Source: Promethearchaeota archaeon (GTDB lineage: Archaea; Asgardarchaeota; Lokiarchaeia; Sigyniarchaeales; SOKP01). From it: a stretch of DNA of 64,000 nucleotides. Shown here one piece after another: positions 59,474 through 64,000 of the stretch. Every line of letters starts with the position of its first letter. Position 1 is the first letter of the stretch. The position numbers and the translations under genes were made by a program. The stretch spans positions 1 through 64,000 of the forward strand of contig JBHLOY010000011.1 of NCBI GenBank assembly GCA_048939995.1. The letters run 5' to 3'. The notes beneath the pieces are model-generated. The model saw only the letters and a program-made list of their open reading frames with translations, searched no databases and was not told the DNA's origin.

Positions 59474-60325
59474 TCAAATTTCAACAGAAAGCATTCTCCT
59501 TTTATTAAAGTAAGCTAATTGATTATATCCAATCTTTTTAACTAATTTAATAATATTTCTAAATTCAAATCCTAACTCGTCTGGATGGTGTGCGTCTGAA
59601 CCAAGTAATATTGGGATATCTAACTCATACATTTTTCTCAAAATAGTTTCGCTTGGATATTGTTCTTTAATTGGCTTTCTTAAACCACTAGTATTTATCT
59701 CGATTACTAGATCTTCTTTCTTTACAAGTTCTAAAGTTTTTAATACTTGATTTTCTATTAATTCTGAAATTACAGGTCTTCTATTAAACTTTTTTGGTAA
59801 ATCTAAATGACTTATTATATTAAAGTTAAAATCAGGTGAGTTAACCATATTTTGTAAAGTTGTATAATAATCTAAATATAAATCTTCTATACTACCATAG
59901 AGATCATAGTTTTTTAAAAACCTACTATCATCAAACGCAAAAAAGCCTGTTTTTCCTTCAAGTATATGGACAGATCCCAATATATAATCTAGTCTTTCAA
60001 TATATTGATTAAGATACTTTTTATGAGCATCAGCTTGAAGTTGTATGAAATCTAGCTCAAAACCAATCTTTATTTCAATTTCTTCCTCATAATTGGATTT
60101 TAATCTTTCAATGGTTGAAATATACATCTCAATTTCATCTAATGGCATCCCGTATTCTTCATAAGGTATTCCTTCAATCCCTTGCAAGAATTCATACGGA
60201 AAATGGTCACTAAATCCGATTAGATCCAAGTTTAATGCAATTGCCCTTCTTGCATAATCATCGAGTATTCCTGTAGCATGCCTACAGAGTGAATTATGTG
60301 TATGCCAATCTTGCAAAAGACTCAT
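59474..60325 (-). CDS. PHP-family histidinol-phosphatase (HisJ/HisK type)
   Basis: DWHTH, SDHFP, LGSVH, SHLDLPK, EINTSG and GSDAH motifs. Confidence 0.9.
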   Translation of the reverse strand: MSLLQDWHTHNSLCRHATGILDDYARRAIALNLDLIGFSDHFPYEFLQGIEGIPYEEYGMPLDEIEMYISTIERLKSNYEEEIEIKIGFELDFIQLQADAHKKYLNQYIERLDYILGSVHILEGKTGFFAFDDSRFLKNYDLYGSIEDLYLDYYTTLQNMVNSPDFNFNIISHLDLPKKFNRRPVISELIENQVLKTLELVKKEDLVIEINTSGLRKPIKEQYPSETILRKMYELDIPILLGSDAHHPDELGFEFRNIIKLVKKIGYNQLAYFNKRRMLSVEI

Positions 60326-60387
60326 TATTTGACACTATTAAATAAATAAGATAAAACTTATTATTACTAAATAAAGGTGTAAAATAT

Positions 60388-61197
60388 TTGGAATTTAAAG
60401 AAAAGCAATATGATGGACCTTATGAAGTTTCAGAGGTCGAAATTGATAATAAAAGGCAAATCTTCAGAGGAATTCTTTATTACCCCCCAAAATCTTTCAA
60501 GAAACCTTATCCATTAATAATTTATTTTCATGATTTTCCTCAACTCTTCACTCTAAAAGAACTAGTAATAGAACACCAATATTTATTAGATTTAGGTTTT
60601 GCATTTCTTGTTTTCAACTTTCGAGGTTATAGACATAGTGAGGGTACAATATCGATCGAATCTCAAGCCTCTGATTCAATAAAAGTTACTGAATTTGTGC
60701 GAGTTATGTCAGAACATGGAAATTTTGATATAAATAACATTAATATTTTAGCGAAAGGTTTTGGAAGTTATATTGCGTTAATTCTATGCTCACAAACCAC
60801 TTTTACAAATAAAATTTTATTATTATGTCCAATCTTGGATTTAGAAAAGCACGTATATAGCGAGAATTTTGCACACTCTCTTAACTATATTAACCGTTTT
60901 CTTCCTGGTAACATTCAAGGAATTGAAAATGTTGATCAATTTATTGAAATCACTAAGATAGAATTAAAGGACAAAAATTACAATATTTACAGTTTTATCG
61001 ATTCTGTTCAATTCAATAAGTTAAAAATAATTCTCGGAGAAGCAGATAAAATTACTCCTTTAAGCGAAGTTAAAGATATATTGAAAAATCATTTGAAAGA
61101 TGTTGAATTAGTGATTATTAGAAACATGGAACATGATTGTGTTGATGATAATAATTTCACTAGAATAAATAAAGAAATAAAATTTTTTTTCCAATAA
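60388..61197 (+). CDS. Alpha/beta-hydrolase-fold protein with a degenerate nucleophile elbow
   Basis: FNFRGYRHSEG, LAKGFGS in place of GxSxG, GEADKITP, MEH. Confidence 0.8.
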   Translation: MEFKEKQYDGPYEVSEVEIDNKRQIFRGILYYPPKSFKKPYPLIIYFHDFPQLFTLKELVIEHQYLLDLGFAFLVFNFRGYRHSEGTISIESQASDSIKVTEFVRVMSEHGNFDINNINILAKGFGSYIALILCSQTTFTNKILLLCPILDLEKHVYSENFAHSLNYINRFLPGNIQGIENVDQFIEITKIELKDKNYNIYSFIDSVQFNKLKIILGEADKITPLSEVKDILKNHLKDVELVIIRNMEHDCVDDNNFTRINKEIKFFFQ

Positions 61198-61344
61198 ATT
61201 GCCCTTATATAAAAATCATTAAAATATAAATTAAATCTCAAATTATGTTTATTTTTATGTATAACGCAAAATTTTTTAAGATTAGAAAAAAATCCTATTA
61301 CTTAACATCAATAAGAATAATATATTTTTAGGGTGCGATAAAAG

Positions 61345-64000
61345 TTGAGTTCCATTAAAAAGTTGTCTAATTTGAATTTTTCCAGCTTATTAGGTGATGA
61401 TCAAAAATTAGTTTTCTTTGTAGGTGCTGGTTCATCAACTGATTCACCATCTTTAATGCCTAGTGCCCATGAAACAATGAAAACTCTTATTAAATTTGCA
61501 TGTTCTCAATCTGAAATAGAAAAAGTAACTCAGATTGAGGATTTGAGATTCGAAACATTGCTAGAAATTTTTTATGAAATCCTGGATAATGAACTGTCAT
61601 TAGCAGATTTGTATGTACAGAATAATATTCCGAATGTAGTGCATTTCTTTTTAGTAGAAATGGCTGAGAGAGGCCATTTTATAATGACAGCCAACTTTGA
61701 TTCCCTTATAGAGCATGCGATGATAAAAGCTGAGATTCAAAAGAAGAAAATAATTCCTGTTATAACTGAAAAGGACTATGAGAAGTATTATAACCCAGAA
61801 AAGTTGTTAAAAGGTGGAAAATATGCTATATACAAAATCCATGGTTCCCCGAAAAACATCATTACTGGAGAAGACACTAAAACTGCTTTCTTCAATACTA
61901 TAAGATTATTAGGACAAAATTTTGATAAAAGTAATTTACTACAATTAGAGCCATTTAAAGCTCAATTATTTGATTATATCTCAAGGGATCGAACTTTAGT
62001 AATATTAGGATACTCAGGGAAAAACGATTTTGATATTAGATCCACACTTAAAATAATGAAGTCTTTAAAAAATCTACTTTGGATAAATCATTCAGCAACA
62101 GATACTATAACGGAAGAAATTTATGAAATTGAGCCTAGCAAAAAAGCTATAAAAAAATTGGATGAATTGGACTCTTATTTATTAGAGATCAAACAACTAA
62201 ATGACTCAATTAATGTTTATAGAATGGATACTCACACAAGTAAATTATTAGAGAAATATTTAGAAAAGAAAGACTTAATACCTTCTGAAAAGTTTTCATT
62301 TGACTTAATAAAATGGCTTCAAGAGAATATTAAGAAACCAGATGAAATAAAGAAATTATATTTTACATATAAAATATATTACGAAACTAAAAGATATAAT
62401 GATTCTTTAAGGTGTTTAGAAAGAATTTATCGAATGGCAGAAGATGCAGGTGATGATTTATGGAAAGCCATATCCTTATTGAATATGGGAATTATAAATC
62501 GAGATCAAAAAGAATATGATAAAGCTCTTGATTGGCTAAAAAAGTCTCTTCAGGCACAAATTAAACTTAAAAATACCGAACAGAAAGTTGCAGTTTTTAA
62601 AAATATTGGAATAGTATATAGTAATTTAAGAAATTTTGATGAAGCATATAAATACTTAATGCAAGCTTTAAAGGCAAACGAAAAACTTAAAAACCTTTCT
62701 ACTAAGGCAGAAATAATCGATAATATTGGTTTAATATTTCAAAAACAAGGAAATTACAGCGAAGCTCTAAAGCAATTTGAAAGCGCATATAAAATTAATG
62801 AGAAGCTGTTAAATTTAAAGGAGAAGGCTTTAACTCTTAAAAGTATGGCTAAAGTATACTTAATAAAGGAGAATTATACAGAAGCATTAAAGTATTATGA
62901 AGAGGCTTTTCAAATCAATGATCAATTAGAAAATCTAAGTGAAAAAGGTGAAATACTGAATACTTTAGGGTATATCTATCACTTAAAAGATGATTCTCTG
63001 GTAGGTTTAGAAAAGTGTCATGAAGCCCTTGAGATATTCAATAAACTGCAAATTGTTGATGGAAGTATAAATTCACTACGAAATATTGGGATAATTTATA
63101 GAGATCAATGGAATTATATTAAAGCTTTAGAAAATTTCGAAGAAGCATATCAATTAGCAGAAGAAAATGGGAAAATGGTAAAGAAAGGGGAATTATCGAA
63201 TCAAATTGGTCTTATTTTTCAAAAACAGGATAAATTTACTGATGCCTTAGAATGGTTTGAAAATTCATTGGGAATTTTTGAAAAATTGGAAAATCTTAGC
63301 GGGGAGGTTGAAGTCTTAAAGAATATTGGTTTAATTTATAAAGATAAGAAAAACTTTTCAAAATCATTAACCATTTTTCAACAAACAATACAAATCTTCG
63401 AAAAATTAAAAGATAAAAAAGGGAAAGCAGATTATCTTAATGTTATAGGATTAATACACCTAGAGCAACGAAATTTTACAGAAACCTTGAGAAACTTTCA
63501 AGAAGCTTTAGATATCTATACAGAATTGAATAATCGTGAAGGAATTGCTGACACTTTAAGAAATTTAGGAATTTTCTATCAAGAACAAGCTAATTTTTCT
63601 GATTCCCTAAATAGATATAATGATGCATTGATGATATTCGAAGATTTAGAGTTAGTAGAGAAAAAAGCAGAACTTCTAAATAAAATTGGCACTATTTATC
63701 AGGATCAAGGAGATTATTTAGAAGCTGCTAAATTATTTAAAAAAGCATTTGAAATTTTTGATCAATCAAAGAGTTTAGAGGGTAAAATAGACACACTCCA
63801 TAATATTGGGTTAAATTTTCATTATCAAGGAGATGACACTTCTGCTTTGGAAAATTTAGATGAGGCCGTTAAGTTGTGCGAACAGATTGGAAATCTTCAA
63901 AAAAAATCGAATTGTCTTGTTTTTATTGGAAGCATCTATAAAGATCAGTGGAATTTTCTAGAAGCCTTAAGAAGATTTGAAGAAGCACTTTTAATTGTTG
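61345..64000 (+). CDS. SIR2-like domain plus long TPR array, 3'-truncated by the window edge
   Basis: Not in the ORF track because there is no stop within the window. TTG start; FVGAGSS, MTANFD, KIHGS and LGYSG SIR2 motifs; then many ~40-aa TPR repeats (NIGxIY..QG.Y.EAL..FE.A). Confidence 0.9.
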   Translation, partial: MSSIKKLSNLNFSSLLGDDQKLVFFVGAGSSTDSPSLMPSAHETMKTLIKFACSQSEIEKVTQIEDLRFETLLEIFYEILDNELSLADLYVQNNIPNVVHFFLVEMAERGHFIMTANFDSLIEHAMIKAEIQKKKIIPVITEKDYEKYYNPEKLLKGGKYAIYKIHGSPKNIITGEDTKTAFFNTIRLLGQNFDKSNLLQLEPFKAQLFDYISRDRTLVILGYSGKNDFDIRSTLKIMKSLKNLLWINHSATDTITEEIYEIEPSKKAIKKLDELDSYLLEIKQLNDSINVYRMDTHTSKLLEKYLEKKDLIPSEKFSFDLIKWLQENIKKPDEIKKLYFTYKIYYETKRYNDSLRCLERIYRMAEDAGDDLWKAISLLNMGIINRDQKEYDKALDWLKKSLQAQIKLKNTEQKVAVFKNIGIVYSNLRNFDEAYKYLMQALKANEKLKNLSTKAEIIDNIGLIFQKQGNYSEALKQFESAYKINEKLLNLKEKALTLKSMAKVYLIKENYTEALKYYEEAFQINDQLENLSEKGEILNTLGYIYHLKDDSLVGLEKCHEALEIFNKLQIVDGSINSLRNIGIIYRDQWNYIKALENFEEAYQLAEENGKMVKKGELSNQIGLIFQKQDKFTDALEWFENSLGIFEKLENLSGEVEVLKNIGLIYKDKKNFSKSLTIFQQTIQIFEKLKDKKGKADYLNVIGLIHLEQRNFTETLRNFQEALDIYTELNNREGIADTLRNLGIFYQEQANFSDSLNRYNDALMIFEDLELVEKKAELLNKIGTIYQDQGDYLEAAKLFKKAFEIFDQSKSLEGKIDTLHNIGLNFHYQGDDTSALENLDEAVKLCEQIGNLQKKSNCLVFIGSIYKDQWNFLEALRRFEEALLIV

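Noticed and set aside
1-64000. Transposases, integrases, prophage genes, rRNA
   Set aside because: No supporting motifs or terminal repeats were seen.

Overview
AT-rich archaeal chromosomal window, most consistent with an Asgard archaeon (Lokiarchaeia-like). This is inferred from the roadblock, JAMM/MPN, LRR, TPR and PAC2 genes, the GTGAT/GGAGG Shine-Dalgarno sites and an intron-bearing archaeal tRNA. It holds about 55 CDSs covering housekeeping metabolism, Fe-S biogenesis (SufBC-like, IscS, IscU), transporters and proteostasis. The main result is two protein-coding genes interrupted by short bulge-helix-bulge (BHB) introns. The MoxR-type AAA+ ATPase has a 30-nt intron at 20329-20358 and the PAC2 proteasome-assembly chaperone has a 29-nt intron at 27864-27892. 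In both, cutting at the canonical archaeal endonuclease positions restores a continuous reading frame, and the intron's last three bases are an in-frame stop codon. A tRNA-Ala(GGC) with two non-canonical introns is in the same window. Other notable items: several genes that apparently start at ATC/ATA/ATT/CTG, an unannotated 57-aa hyper-acidic WDEDE-repeat protein, an active plus pseudo MPN gene pair, a site-1-protease-like subtilase, a CopA with a nested C-terminal gene, and a SIR2-TPR protein. All calls come from reading motifs by eye; no database searches were run.
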